Part shown: positions 30,327-41,429 of the stretch, in pieces
Position numbering within the stretch: position 1 is the stretch's first letter
How the letters are laid out: each line of letters opens with the position of its first letter
From: Candidatus Babeliales bacterium
Lineage (GTDB): Bacteria; Babelota; Babeliae; Babelales; JANWKD01
DNA: 64,000 nt
Direction: 5' to 3'
NCBI GenBank assembly: GCA_963701665.1
Contig: OY969622.1
Location: 1,120,001-1,184,000 of the forward strand
Notes under the pieces: model-generated
The model's database searches: none
Seen by the model: only the letters and a program-made list of their open reading frames with translations
Told to the model about the DNA's origin: nothing
Made by a program: the position numbers and the translations under genes

Positions 30327-31265
30327 ATGAAGAATTCATTTGACCAAAAAATTTTAGAGCAACTTGAAAAATTAGGGCAGCAGATTTCAGACTATGGAAA
30401 TCGTATCAATAAATTAGAAACTACAGAAAGCCCTGCTCATGATAAGGTTGAGGATCATCAAAAAAAATCATCTTCATTTTATTCCCGCTCACTGCTCAAC
30501 TATAGTACGCTTTTGTTATTGAGCGTTATCTCGCTTGGCATTGGTTATTGGTTCTTACGGTTATCGTGGCATTCAACCATCTATCAACTCGCTATGCTTG
30601 CCTATTCGACGGCAGTCATCATTGGCGGCATTATCAAGAGCAATAAGTCAGTACGCGTTCTTGGGTATTTTTTATATATGTGCACACTCTTTTTGAGTGC
30701 TGTGTCATATAAATGCAATCATTTATTGCACCCTCACACGAGTTTCTCGTTGCACGCGCTTTTTGCAGGAATTTTCATTTCACTCGTATCACTCATATGC
30801 ACGCGACGTTATTATCAGAGTAATTGTTCACCACGCGAAGCACGTTGGCTAAAAAAAATTCTTATATTTTTGCTAACATCGCTCGTTTTTGTATGGGGCG
30901 CAGCAACGATTATTTTATGTTTTGATGAACTTTCAGCGCAACCATCGTTTTTCATGAAGCCATTTATCGAACATTCACGCGCCTATGATACCTTGATACG
31001 CACAAACACAACACAATTTCTTTTAACCCTTTATTATATGCTCTTTGCCTTTGCAACCTTTATGCTCGGCATTCGCTATAAATTCTGGATGCTAAGAATC
31101 TTTGGCCTCTTTACAGCCGCACTTTCCTTATATAGTACGTTCTTGCTTATGACCTGTGTACGCAATGCAGGCTATATAGCACTTGCACTCTGTTTGGGAA
31201 CCGTTTTAGTAGTGATGGGATATTTATATGCCAGAAAGCATAACTATGGAAAATTATTTAGTTAG
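30327..31265 (+). CDS. Multi-pass membrane protein with N-terminal coiled coil (DUF2339-like)
   Basis: LEKLGQQI...RINKLE then ~8 TM segments; ATG 30327 (upstream part of the listed ORF overlaps pgeF). Confidence 0.55.
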   Translation: MKNSFDQKILEQLEKLGQQISDYGNRINKLETTESPAHDKVEDHQKKSSSFYSRSLLNYSTLLLLSVISLGIGYWFLRLSWHSTIYQLAMLAYSTAVIIGGIIKSNKSVRVLGYFLYMCTLFLSAVSYKCNHLLHPHTSFSLHALFAGIFISLVSLICTRRYYQSNCSPREARWLKKILIFLLTSLVFVWGAATIILCFDELSAQPSFFMKPFIEHSRAYDTLIRTNTTQFLLTLYYMLFAFATFMLGIRYKFWMLRIFGLFTAALSLYSTFLLMTCVRNAGYIALALCLGTVLVVMGYLYARKHNYGKLFS

Positions 31266-31269
31266 CAAT

Positions 31270-31413
31270 GCCAGCCCAAGTCTTCGCTTATCCACGCCTT
31301 CCGGCTTGGCAAGCTTCGACGGGCAATCTACGCTGTCATTTCCTTAAAGAAAATTGGCGGAGCCAATCGTAGCCAAGTAATACATCGAAGTTTTTCCCCT
31401 CGAAGGCGTAGAT

Positions 31414-31416
<3 letters not shown>
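31270..31416. repeat. Structured palindromic element abutting the tRNA 3' end
   Basis: Perfect 10-bp inverted repeat CAATCTACGC (31324-31333) / GCGTAGATTG (31406-31415); alternative pairing CCAATC/GATTGG; GC-richer than flanks. Confidence 0.5.
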
Positions 31417-31490
<74 letters not shown>

Positions 31491-31640
31491 GCAAATTTTT
31501 AATTTCTAAGTATTTAGATAAGTATTTATGATTCTAACTTGTTTCGCGTGATTGTCAACGTAAAAAGGCTTTCAGGAAATATTTTACGCAAATTCGGTAT
31601 ATTAAATTTAGCCGCGCAAGGTAACATTGAAAACAAAATT

Positions 31641-31757
31641 GTCATTGCGAACCTACGAAGCCTTGGCGAAGTAGGTGTGGCAACCCAGCTTATAAAATTA
31701 GTTCCTTTAAGGAATTATTAAAGTTCTGGGTCCCCACGGCTAAAGCCTCGGGAAGAC
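31641..31757. repeat. Intergenic palindromic repeat, copy 1 (full length, with nested hairpin)
   Basis: GTCATTGCGA...GTGGCAACCCAG...TTCCTTTAAGGAA...CTGGGTCCCCACGGCTAAAGCCTCGGGAAGAC; homologous to 41430 and 49093. Confidence 0.85.
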
Positions 31758-31777
31758 ATTCTTGCTGATTGTATCAT

Positions 31778-32200
31778 TTATAATAAATTCGCATTATTTT
31801 TAACCCGTTCAATGACCACAAAGGCGGTAGCCTGTTCATCAGTGTGGGTCAGGGAGAGATGGGCCCTTATATTTTTGCATTTTTGTTGCCATTCGTGCCC
31901 TATTAATGCTTCCCAATGTATCGCTAAATACGCTTTTTTATCAGTAATGTCATGGCACACTGACACGTGTCTCAAAATGGCATAGACCGGTTTTTGAAAA
32001 AAAAAGCCTGAAGCCGCCTTATAAAAAGCTTCCTTAGCGGAAAAACGCACCGCCAACCGCTCAACCACCTTTGCCGGATGAGCAAAAGAGTAGTCTAATT
32101 CTTGAGGGGTAAAGACCTTTAATAATTGGCGTGATGAAAAATGTTGCCAAGCATCAAAGCGTTTGATGGCAACTGAATCGATCCCTATACCACAGATCAT
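31778..32200 (-). CDS. acpS: Holo-ACP synthase (4'-phosphopantetheinyl transferase)
   Basis: GIGID.V.I.RF, FT..E, LA.RFSAKEAFYKA, HLSLTH...A.AFVVIE. Confidence 0.93.
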   Translation of the reverse strand: MICGIGIDSVAIKRFDAWQHFSSRQLLKVFTPQELDYSFAHPAKVVERLAVRFSAKEAFYKAASGFFFQKPVYAILRHVSVCHDITDKKAYLAIHWEALIGHEWQQKCKNIRAHLSLTHTDEQATAFVVIERVKNNANLL

Positions 32201-33735
32201 GGCGTAAATCGCTCAATTAATTGGTCAAGAGATCGATAGAGAATCGCTTCCTGAATATGAGGAACATCAATCACTTCTGCACTCGTTAAGTCAGCTATCG
32301 TGCGAGCGACTTTTAGAATTTTGTGATACCCTCGCATACTCAAGTGCAAACGGTCGAACGCTTTTTTAATCAGATCCTGTGCCCCATCGGTCAGCACGCA
32401 ATAGGCATCAACCTGTGCAACGCTCATAGAAGCATTCCAAATTTCAGAATCGCCGAACCGATTACGTTGCGCCATAACGGCATTATTAACTGATGCTGCT
32501 AAATTGGCTGAACTTTGTACGGCCGAACCATCTTTCATGCCATCAAATGAGACCGATTGCACATTAATATGTAAATCAATACGATCGAGCAATGGCCCTG
32601 AAAGTTTTTCCATATAGCGTTCTATCTGAGTGCGCGAACAAGTACATTCTTTCTTTTTATCACCGAGAAATCCGCACGGGCATGGATTCAATGCGGCAAC
32701 TAATAAAAATGATGCTGGAAAGGATACGGCATGATTTGCACGAGAAATACAAACTTTTTTATTCTCAAGTGGTTGGCGCAATACTTCTAACGTTGAGCGC
32801 TTAAATTCAGTTAACTCATCTAAAAAAAGAATGCCATTATGCGTTAAACTAATTTCGCCTGGTTGTGGAAATGAACCACCGCCAACAAGGCCAGCTTGTG
32901 ATATTGTATGATGAGGATTACGGAATGGGCGTTGCGTAATCAGCGTTCGTTCTGCTAATTTACCGCTTACCGAATAAATTTTTGTTGTTTCAAGAATCTC
33001 GTTGAACGTCATCTGTGGCATTAAGGTCGGTAAGCGCCGCGCTAACATGGTTTTTCCTGACCCAGGTGGGCCAATGAATAAAATATTATGTCTGCCCGCG
33101 GCTGCAATTTGCAACGCGCGCTTTGCTTGCGATTGCCCTCTCACATCGCTAAAATCAACATCGTATTTACACGAGTGTCTCAATATATCATGCGCGCGTT
33201 TTGCTGGTTCAATAACAATTTCTTTGCGCGCGTACGCAACTAAGTGTACTAAGCTCGTCACGCCAATAACATCAATGCCTTCAATAAGCGCCGCTTCTTG
33301 AGCATTTTCATGCGATAAAATAATGCGTCGTTTGCCTATTTTTTTTGCATCGAACGCGATAGCAAGCGCACCTTTAATCGAACGAATGGAACCATCAAGG
33401 GATAATTCACCCAAAAATAATGTTTCTTCTAAAAAATCCGGTGAAAATTCAATATATTTACTTGCTTGCATAATGCCGATTGCAATTGGCAAATCAAATA
33501 AAGTACCTTCCTTTTTTAAATCTGCTGGCGCTAAATTAACGGTAATTTTTCGCTCGGGCAATCGAATGCCACTATTTTTGAGTGCAGTTTGAATACGTTG
33601 ACGACTTTCAGTAATTGCTCTATCGGGTAACCCAACAATAAAAAATTGCAGCATACCAAATGACAAATCAACTTCGACAATTACTTCGTGAGCATTGATA
33701 CCCACAGGCGTTGCTGCATAAATTTTTGCGTGCAT
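32197..33735 (-). CDS. comM: YifB/ComM Mg-chelatase-like AAA ATPase
   Basis: IVGLPD, VNLAPADLKKEG..FDLPIA, GELSLDG, GPPGSGKTM, PFR.PHH, FLDE, NPCPCG, SGPLLDRID. Confidence 0.95.
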   Translation of the reverse strand: MHAKIYAATPVGINAHEVIVEVDLSFGMLQFFIVGLPDRAITESRQRIQTALKNSGIRLPERKITVNLAPADLKKEGTLFDLPIAIGIMQASKYIEFSPDFLEETLFLGELSLDGSIRSIKGALAIAFDAKKIGKRRIILSHENAQEAALIEGIDVIGVTSLVHLVAYARKEIVIEPAKRAHDILRHSCKYDVDFSDVRGQSQAKRALQIAAAGRHNILFIGPPGSGKTMLARRLPTLMPQMTFNEILETTKIYSVSGKLAERTLITQRPFRNPHHTISQAGLVGGGSFPQPGEISLTHNGILFLDELTEFKRSTLEVLRQPLENKKVCISRANHAVSFPASFLLVAALNPCPCGFLGDKKKECTCSRTQIERYMEKLSGPLLDRIDLHINVQSVSFDGMKDGSAVQSSANLAASVNNAVMAQRNRFGDSEIWNASMSVAQVDAYCVLTDGAQDLIKKAFDRLHLSMRGYHKILKVARTIADLTSAEVIDVPHIQEAILYRSLDQLIERFTP

Positions 33736-33946
33736 TAAAAAAACCTACTATGCATATTTTATAAAATTAAAATTACTTTCGTATGTTATTTGTATACCAT
33801 ATGTTTTATTATTTGGAAATAAAAATATTTTTTTATAAACTCATCACATTGGTAAAAAGTGATTCTTTTTTAAAATTACCTTACACTAAGGTTTTAAGCT
33901 CATTCTTTTATTCGAGCATAATTTGCATAAAAATAAGGACTAGGAA

Positions 33947-36790
33947 ATGATTCTCACACTTCTTATAGCATTACTTTATTCTACGATGTTATGCGCTGAT
34001 AACCAGCAAAATAATGCACAAGATCTAGCATCACAACCTAGTTCCGTTGTACAAGAGCATATTTCTTATACCATAGGGCCCACCATCATCTCAGGCAACA
34101 TAGCATTCACTGGTGCGGCATTGCCAGGAAGCAAAGAATACGCAATCACACAACATACTATCGGCGAAGGGATCGGCCTTATTAATGGCGTCACTCCCGA
34201 ATATGTCATGCTGAATTATCAGCCTGAACTGCCCAATCCGCTTTTTAATCAAAAGATTTTAAATCTTACTCATAATGCGCAAAAACTTATTGCAGTCCCT
34301 GCTGATCATCCAAATCAATTGTTCTTGCTTGAAAATTTACTTACCACATCACAACAATCGTTACTTGCAAGTCCTGTCCTTCCCGATGTTGATGGCATGC
34401 CATCGAGCATGATTATGAGTTGTGATACCGGCATAACGGGCACGAGTGATACATCATTACATGTCTATACATTAGCTGCAGTTGCTTCTCATGATGGCGT
34501 TTTTGGCGATCACAAAAGCGGTTTTAATCTTATCAAACATAGCGTTACTCAAGAAGAATTTACTGATAATCAAAATAAAAAAGTTATCAAAAATAAGACT
34601 CATCTAGAACTGTGTGAAGCTACATTAAAAGCCGTTCCTATTGGCATCGATGAAGACAACTCAGCGCTTTCAATTAACGGCGGTGTTTCATCGGTAGGCA
34701 ATCATGTTGCAATGTGTTGGCATCCTAACATGGAACGTTTTTACATCGCACTTCAGATAAAAACAAAATCGGATGCCACCATTAATCAAGGTGGGCGTGC
34801 GCTTCTTGTTGGACGCGTGGATGATGACAAACTTATATTAGATCCTGTACTTCCGAGTGATATCTGCCAAGGTATGGATAAAATAATCGCTGCAACAGGC
34901 CCTGATCAAGAAGTTTCAATTCATACTATATATCCATTTAGTACAAGCGCGGGCATACCTTATCTTCTTGTAGTTGGTGGTAATGGAAGTCCGGAAACGA
35001 CAAAAAAAATGATTTCAGCACTGCCACTTACGCACCACGGGTATAATATTTCACGCAAACAAGCAACCCAAGAAAAACTACATGGCACCATTGCAATGCG
35101 TAAAAGCAACATGCAAATATTATACGGTTATGACAGAAAAATTGCTGCCCGTTTATTAACAACACCGGCAACTACACAAGAAGAAGTGTATTCTTGTTAT
35201 GATGCTGCAATAGCGGTCGGCAACTTTTATTCACTTCCTCATGATATTACGGATGTCGTCATTTCTGGTAATGCAGTATTTGTAAGTGTGGCACAAAAAG
35301 GAAATGGTCAACAAGCAGGCATTTTTCATTCACAAGCAATTTTAGATGAGGAAGGACGCATTGCAGGATGGACGCAATGGCAACGTTTCGGACCTGATTG
35401 TGGCATTGAAAAATTTAGCATTCAGCCACTTGCCTATATGATAACATACTTGTACAGCGACACGCCTATCTTTGGTCTTAAGCAATGGAAACAACCGCTC
35501 AAACGAAAGAAAAACGAGCAGATTCCTCCGCCGACTGATTCTCTTGAAGGTCTTATTCAAACAATTTTCCCTCAAGTCGAGGGCGGTCTGCAAGCTTTGT
35601 ATAGCTGCGCGCGCGACATGCCAGGATTAAATTCTGATAAGCAAGAACTCTCATTATTGATTGCACTCGGGCAAAAAAAAGTTGCACTCGTTCAAACAGG
35701 TTCACTCGTTAATGAAGAATTTTTTGCACCGCACAAAGATAATTTTTTGGCTACTATTTCTTATGCAACACCTCAGTTGAAACAACATGCGGAACATCCT
35801 GCGCGCACGCTCGTTTTATCTGATGAGGTCATTGAATCACTCGGCGTACTGAGCTGTGCTACCATTGCAACAAATGGCACACAAGCATGGCTTGTTGTCG
35901 GTGGCCCACGGGGCGCTGCTATTCTTTGTACTAAGGATGGAAATGGCTGGGCATCTGAATCTGGCATTAATACCTTATTTGCTACAGCAAGCGAGGGATA
36001 CCATTTCAAAAAATGTGGAACTTACCGATTTGTTCAAAAAATTATCTGCGAAAATAATAATCTTTACTTTATTACCAATAAAAGTATTGAACGATTGCCA
36101 ATAGACCAAGAGGCGCTAATGAATCCCGCGCAATTTAACACAACCGTCATTCAAACAGATGCGGAGTGCATTTTTGATGGAAGCGTTTCGGGGCCAATGG
36201 CTATTCTTGCAACATCAGATGGTCTTTTATTTAATCCACCAGGCACTGACATCCAATTTGAAAGAGCAGCATTATCAACATCGGCTCTGAATAGGGTAAG
36301 TTTGCCATACGAACACTCAGTGGTGCGCTCATTATTTTTTGTAACACGGACAAACCGTGAGAACGATTTTGCATGCGGCGCACAACTCTATGCTTCCGTA
36401 GGATCATTAGCCGAAGATAAAACTGATATTTATCGTTTTTATATTGATCATATCTATGAAAAAGGTATTCAAAATGATTCAATCAGACGCATCGATGATC
36501 ATTTGCATCGTGGTAAACCAACACCATTCCTTGCATTCAATAATTTTAGATCACATTTTGCCACTGATGGCACGCATTATTTCACGGCACGAGCACGGCA
36601 AACAACGACTAAACCTTTTCTCAATCTAATTCCACAAGAACAATGTAAAAAGGTTTTCATAGCAGATCATTTGTGCTACGAAATTCCACTCCAAGTGCAC
36701 AAAGCTAATAATATTGTTACACTTCTTCAAAACCCTGCAACCGGAAGTTGGATAGCTGCTGGTGACTTTGGCATCCGCACTCATGATTAG
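33947..36790 (+). CDS. Large secreted hypothetical protein (beta-rich)
   Basis: 947-aa ORF, leader MILTLLIALLYSTMLCA, RBS AGGA; no recognisable catalytic motif. Confidence 0.7.
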   Translation: MILTLLIALLYSTMLCADNQQNNAQDLASQPSSVVQEHISYTIGPTIISGNIAFTGAALPGSKEYAITQHTIGEGIGLINGVTPEYVMLNYQPELPNPLFNQKILNLTHNAQKLIAVPADHPNQLFLLENLLTTSQQSLLASPVLPDVDGMPSSMIMSCDTGITGTSDTSLHVYTLAAVASHDGVFGDHKSGFNLIKHSVTQEEFTDNQNKKVIKNKTHLELCEATLKAVPIGIDEDNSALSINGGVSSVGNHVAMCWHPNMERFYIALQIKTKSDATINQGGRALLVGRVDDDKLILDPVLPSDICQGMDKIIAATGPDQEVSIHTIYPFSTSAGIPYLLVVGGNGSPETTKKMISALPLTHHGYNISRKQATQEKLHGTIAMRKSNMQILYGYDRKIAARLLTTPATTQEEVYSCYDAAIAVGNFYSLPHDITDVVISGNAVFVSVAQKGNGQQAGIFHSQAILDEEGRIAGWTQWQRFGPDCGIEKFSIQPLAYMITYLYSDTPIFGLKQWKQPLKRKKNEQIPPPTDSLEGLIQTIFPQVEGGLQALYSCARDMPGLNSDKQELSLLIALGQKKVALVQTGSLVNEEFFAPHKDNFLATISYATPQLKQHAEHPARTLVLSDEVIESLGVLSCATIATNGTQAWLVVGGPRGAAILCTKDGNGWASESGINTLFATASEGYHFKKCGTYRFVQKIICENNNLYFITNKSIERLPIDQEALMNPAQFNTTVIQTDAECIFDGSVSGPMAILATSDGLLFNPPGTDIQFERAALSTSALNRVSLPYEHSVVRSLFFVTRTNRENDFACGAQLYASVGSLAEDKTDIYRFYIDHIYEKGIQNDSIRRIDDHLHRGKPTPFLAFNNFRSHFATDGTHYFTARARQTTTKPFLNLIPQEQCKKVFIADHLCYEIPLQVHKANNIVTLLQNPATGSWIAAGDFGIRTHD

Positions 36791-36807
36791 ATAAGGATTT
36801 TGCAACG

Positions 36808-38085
36808 ATGGTTAAAAAAAGATTTTTCCGTATATATAGTATCATACTTTTTGGTCTTTTTTGTGGCCAAGAAACACATGCTATTACCATTTTGACAACA
36901 AACGTTTTTAGGCCGTGGGATATAAATTTACGTCCCCCTCGTTGGCCTAATAGAAACTGGCAATTTACTGGATATTTTGAAGCCGGTTTGAAATCACGCG
37001 GATATAATCCTGAAAGTGATGCCGTTAATGTTATGCAATTATGGCAACCAACACAAGATGCACTCGCCATGCTACAAGGATTTCCGCCAAATAGTCCTGA
37101 AACACGTTTCTTTCAAAATGTCCTCATGAGCCCGCAAGATGATGGCATACGCGGACATTTTGATGTAACGGGAAAATTTAATTTGAAAATCAGTGGCGGA
37201 TTAGCCGCGCGCTACCATCTTCCCCATAATATTACGATTGCTGCTTTTTTGCCGTTTTATTCAATGAAGTTGCATGATGTTGTTTTTACCGATCTTACAC
37301 AAGATCTAACCGCGCAGGATATTATTGTTAAAGAAAATTTAACGGATAATTTTGCCGCAGCATTGCAGCAAATTGATCCTTCACTCGAATTGACGGGATG
37401 GAACCGCAGCGGTGTTGGCGATTTTGGATTTTTTGCTTCATGGATTGGTTCATACCCACAAGCAAAACCTATATTAAAGAATGTTGATTTGACAACACGC
37501 TTAGGCATTACCCTACCTACCGGATTACGTACCAATGAGAATCAAATTCTCTCAATCCCCTTCGGCTACAATGGTTCAGCGGGTTTATGGTTTGGTGCAG
37601 GCATTACGCTTACTTGGTTTGACCATGTTCGCGCTGGCATCGATTTTGAATTTTTGCATCTTTTTGGCAACTCACGCTTTCAGCGCATAAAAACATACTT
37701 TGATCAAACCGATTTATTATTTTTAGCAAAAGCGTATGCGCATACTGATTATGGTTTTACACAGCAATATAATTTATACGCTGAAGCATATCGTTTTTTT
37801 AGCGGACTTTCAGTAGGGGCCATTTATCAATTTTGGCGCCATGGCGAAGATAAGCTTGCTCTCTACACCAATTTATTTTCAAATGCAATCGCTAATACCG
37901 CACAAAAATTACAAGAAATAACGATCCATCAATTTATTTTCAAGCTCAATTATGACTTTCAGTGTAATCTTGATGACTGCGCACCAATTAAACCAAATAT
38001 TTTTCTCTTTTATAAATTGCCATTCAATGGCACACGAGCATTGTTAGTAAATACTATTGGCGCAGTCGTTACATTAAATTTTTAA
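36808..38085 (+). CDS. Putative outer-membrane beta-barrel protein
   Basis: Signal peptide ending THA, alternating amphipathic strands, C-terminal GAVVTLNF (BAM-type terminal Phe). Confidence 0.6.
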   Translation: MVKKRFFRIYSIILFGLFCGQETHAITILTTNVFRPWDINLRPPRWPNRNWQFTGYFEAGLKSRGYNPESDAVNVMQLWQPTQDALAMLQGFPPNSPETRFFQNVLMSPQDDGIRGHFDVTGKFNLKISGGLAARYHLPHNITIAAFLPFYSMKLHDVVFTDLTQDLTAQDIIVKENLTDNFAAALQQIDPSLELTGWNRSGVGDFGFFASWIGSYPQAKPILKNVDLTTRLGITLPTGLRTNENQILSIPFGYNGSAGLWFGAGITLTWFDHVRAGIDFEFLHLFGNSRFQRIKTYFDQTDLLFLAKAYAHTDYGFTQQYNLYAEAYRFFSGLSVGAIYQFWRHGEDKLALYTNLFSNAIANTAQKLQEITIHQFIFKLNYDFQCNLDDCAPIKPNIFLFYKLPFNGTRALLVNTIGAVVTLNF

Positions 38086-38087
38086 AG

Positions 38088-38486
38088 CTATGCTTTTTGT
38101 TCTTGAATAAGAGTAAGTTGTGCAAGTGCTAATGCTCCAACAGCCATGACAATATCTCGAACGGCAATGTCAAAGTACATAGCATCTATGGTAAGTAAAT
38201 TCGCTACAATAATTACTAACCACGCTGCCATTAAATAAGCACCTAACCGTGTAAATTTTGTCAAAATCATAATGCCGACAATGATTTCTACAATGCCGAT
38301 AAAATACATGAAGTGTAATAATTTCATAGGAATATACAGAATGACAAACTGGCTTACGTATTTTTCCCAATGGGTAATAATATTCAGAAATTTATCAGCC
38401 CCGGCTGCTATTGCCACTAAACCATACGTTATTTTTAACATTAACCATGTGCCATGCGTAAGGTTTGAAGCAGATTGTCCGTTCAT
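38088..38486 (-). CDS. DoxX-family membrane protein
   Basis: AGADKF...W..Y, GIVEI..G, YFDIAVRD; four TMs. Confidence 0.8.
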   Translation of the reverse strand: MNGQSASNLTHGTWLMLKITYGLVAIAAGADKFLNIITHWEKYVSQFVILYIPMKLLHFMYFIGIVEIIVGIMILTKFTRLGAYLMAAWLVIIVANLLTIDAMYFDIAVRDIVMAVGALALAQLTLIQEQKA

Positions 38487-38644
38487 ATCTTTTCTCTCTG
38501 TTTTATGAAACATCACAACAAATTATACTTAAACTAGCTACATACCTATGCATGGGGTCAATATTTTTAAAAAAAATTATTTTTTAATATATACTTAATT
38601 CAAATTGATAATGCCTTGAAAGATAACGAAATCAACCAGCAGCT

Positions 38645-39991
38645 ATGAAAAATATTTTTCTGATTTTAACTATTTTTGCATTCAGTACACGAGCAATGAA
38701 TGAAGAAACGCTAGCCATACCCAATAGCCCACATTATGATGCAGCGCTCAAACAGTTCACTATGCAACCGTTAATGCTTAAAACAATCGCTTCCAAGCAA
38801 GTTGCAAAAAATGTAGCGGCAACGTATTTTGAGAAACTTTCAGGAGAAAACATTGATGCATATGCACAAGAAATTGATACAATTATTATCCCGGATTTAC
38901 AACCTCTTGTTGCTCGTTATGCCATCGTTGAAGCTGCGCAAGCTGGCTATGTCTTTGGTTACACACAACCCAAACAACCAAAATGCGGGCGCACCTATGA
39001 AGGATGGTGGCGTTTTGATCGAGGAAATCCTTCAGATACGGTTCACAAAGTTATTTTTAAATATAATGACTATGCTCAAGAATTTACATTTGATGAACAC
39101 ATTCTGTATCTCGTTGATTCACCACAACAAAAAATGGTAGCCCTTATTGACGGTCCTATGTTTAAATTTTTTGTTCGAAAAGATTATACATGGAAATTCT
39201 TAGCAGAGACACCCTCAACAAATACGTCTTTACTATTTTTAGATGATGCAACCGCTTTAAGCTCAAGTCATAATGATAATGCCGTTACACTTGGAATATA
39301 TTCTGTTGATAATGATACTCTTTTAACCTCACATATAAAAAACACGCAAAAATTCTACTGTAGAAATAATGACAATATCCCATTAGCCGTTGTATACAAT
39401 GCTGACAAGCATGAATTACAATTATGCTATAAAAAAAATAGTCATGTAACCACCAAAGAACTTAGATCGTGGGTTGCAGAAGCGCCACCTAGCAATTGGA
39501 AAATTTTTAGCTCCCAAGATAAAAAAAATATAGCTCTCAGTTTTCATGACTATACCCGCAAAGTCGATAACCATACCATCTTATTATGTACAATGATAAA
39601 GCATACACCCATTTTAATATCATCTTTAAATCATAGAAGCGGGAACATTAAGGCATTGGAAGACGGATTCATTAGCTTAAAAGGATCCTATAAGCTTCAT
39701 CGCGGCAAAGATACACGGCACAAAGAACATTATGCTATCGACATCGAAACCGAAATAATGGTCACATATGCCACCAAAAAAGATGCAGAATCAGAATGTA
39801 AAAAATTAGGCAAGACAATGACTAATATACCACTGAAAGCACTATTTGCTTCGGTCGCCTTAAAAAATTCTGACGATCCCAAAGCCTTACAAAAACTGAA
39901 AGAATCGGATACCTTTCAAAATTTGGAAGACGTATTCAAAATCAATCTTCTTGAAAAAATTGAAACATTACTAAAAGATCAACCGCTATGA
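38645..39991 (+). CDS. Secreted hypothetical protein (putative effector), paralog of next gene
   Basis: Leader ...FSTRA-MNEE; shared P.YD.A...FT, HYAID and N.P..A....AL.NSDDP with 39988..41313. Confidence 0.7.
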   Translation: MKNIFLILTIFAFSTRAMNEETLAIPNSPHYDAALKQFTMQPLMLKTIASKQVAKNVAATYFEKLSGENIDAYAQEIDTIIIPDLQPLVARYAIVEAAQAGYVFGYTQPKQPKCGRTYEGWWRFDRGNPSDTVHKVIFKYNDYAQEFTFDEHILYLVDSPQQKMVALIDGPMFKFFVRKDYTWKFLAETPSTNTSLLFLDDATALSSSHNDNAVTLGIYSVDNDTLLTSHIKNTQKFYCRNNDNIPLAVVYNADKHELQLCYKKNSHVTTKELRSWVAEAPPSNWKIFSSQDKKNIALSFHDYTRKVDNHTILLCTMIKHTPILISSLNHRSGNIKALEDGFISLKGSYKLHRGKDTRHKEHYAIDIETEIMVTYATKKDAESECKKLGKTMTNIPLKALFASVALKNSDDPKALQKLKESDTFQNLEDVFKINLLEKIETLLKDQPL

Positions 39992-41313
39992 AAAATTCCC
40001 TTTTATTTTTAATGCTCTTACCATTAAGCACGCGCGCCATGGAACAAGAACCTAAGGAGCACCCAACGATCAAACTCCCTCGTTATGATAGAGCGCGCCG
40101 ATGCTTTACGCGCACGGTGCCATCATTGGTCGAGTGTATGTTAAAACGAATGCCAAAAGTGTTAATCCCAAACCTCAAGGTACTTACAGGGGAAACGCTC
40201 GATTCACATGAATCGGCTATACAAAAAACTCTCAGCAAAGTTCCTGCAGAATTGCGTGAACCAATATCATTCAATTTCATGCTGCATGCAGCAAAACATA
40301 ACTATAAAATGATTTTTTACAAACGACGCAAAACAAAAAAAGCTCTTTCAAAAATATGCTTAAAAGATGATAAAAAATTAAACATTTATGGGAGCATGAA
40401 TCAATCTGCTAAAGAAGATACATTAATCTGCGATGATATCATTTTAGATCATGATACTAATCCTTCTGGCAATACAATGGCTCTATCTCTTACAAATGGG
40501 GCTGTGCAGTTTTTTCAAAAAAAAGATACTGTATGGGAAGATATTGGGGCAACACCACCTGAGAATAATAAAACAGTGTTTCATGTAACGCGTTTTTTTG
40601 ATGACACAACATGCGTATCTTATAGCATAAACATAAGAAATGAATTAACGCTATATACATTGAATAACGCATCTTTACAATCATCAAAGATTCCTCTTGA
40701 ATCTTCAATATATCTTACAAATCCAAATAAAAAGAATATACTTTTCTTTATAGATCCGGCGTGGAATTTATTCTGTTGTCTAAAAAATCAATCCGGCATT
40801 CAGGTACAAAAAGTTACTTCGCTCTCTTCTAGAGATGAATTTGACTCTGTTGTATCAGAAAATAAATTTTTTAATTATGTGGTCAATGATTTTTCAGAAA
40901 ATCCTATACTTCACGTTATTGGATTAATCGACACACAGCTTCAGGCAATAAAACAAATTAAAGCATGTAACATTTTCTCTATTGCTAACAAAGTCTACGT
41001 TAAAAGTTTTAAAAAAGGCATTATACATCTTGCAAAAGCTATTGATGATAATCACAGTTTTGATGAAAAAACCTTCGAGCATCATGCGATTGATGTGAAC
41101 GCTGAATCCAGCATTGCAACATTTCATGGCAAATTTTATGTTAAGCCAATGCTCAACCTTCCTTACCAAGCAATCCTTGCTTTGATTGCCTTAGAAAATT
41201 CTGACGATCCATCTCAGCTGGCAGCATGGGCAACATCTTCTGTTGTAAAAAATTTATCGGAAGAATTAAAAAATCAATTAATGGAAGAACACGACAAAAA
41301 AAAGAGTTCTTAA
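39988..41313 (+). CDS. Secreted hypothetical protein (putative effector)
   Basis: Leader ...LSTRA-MEQE; ATGA overlap with upstream paralog. Confidence 0.7.
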   Translation: MKNSLLFLMLLPLSTRAMEQEPKEHPTIKLPRYDRARRCFTRTVPSLVECMLKRMPKVLIPNLKVLTGETLDSHESAIQKTLSKVPAELREPISFNFMLHAAKHNYKMIFYKRRKTKKALSKICLKDDKKLNIYGSMNQSAKEDTLICDDIILDHDTNPSGNTMALSLTNGAVQFFQKKDTVWEDIGATPPENNKTVFHVTRFFDDTTCVSYSINIRNELTLYTLNNASLQSSKIPLESSIYLTNPNKKNILFFIDPAWNLFCCLKNQSGIQVQKVTSLSSRDEFDSVVSENKFFNYVVNDFSENPILHVIGLIDTQLQAIKQIKACNIFSIANKVYVKSFKKGIIHLAKAIDDNHSFDEKTFEHHAIDVNAESSIATFHGKFYVKPMLNLPYQAILALIALENSDDPSQLAAWATSSVVKNLSEELKNQLMEEHDKKKSS

Positions 41314-41429
41314 AATCAATGATTTTTTCAGATTGGATCGCTATTTCCAGAGTATGCCTGGGATCAAAAACATTAAGCAAAATTCGACACAAATATTTGC
41401 TTTAGGATATAAATATTGAAAACACAATC

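Noticed and set aside
31539..31721. 60-aa ORF spanning the palindromic repeat
   Set aside because: Weak start and no RBS; it is a translation of the repeat itself
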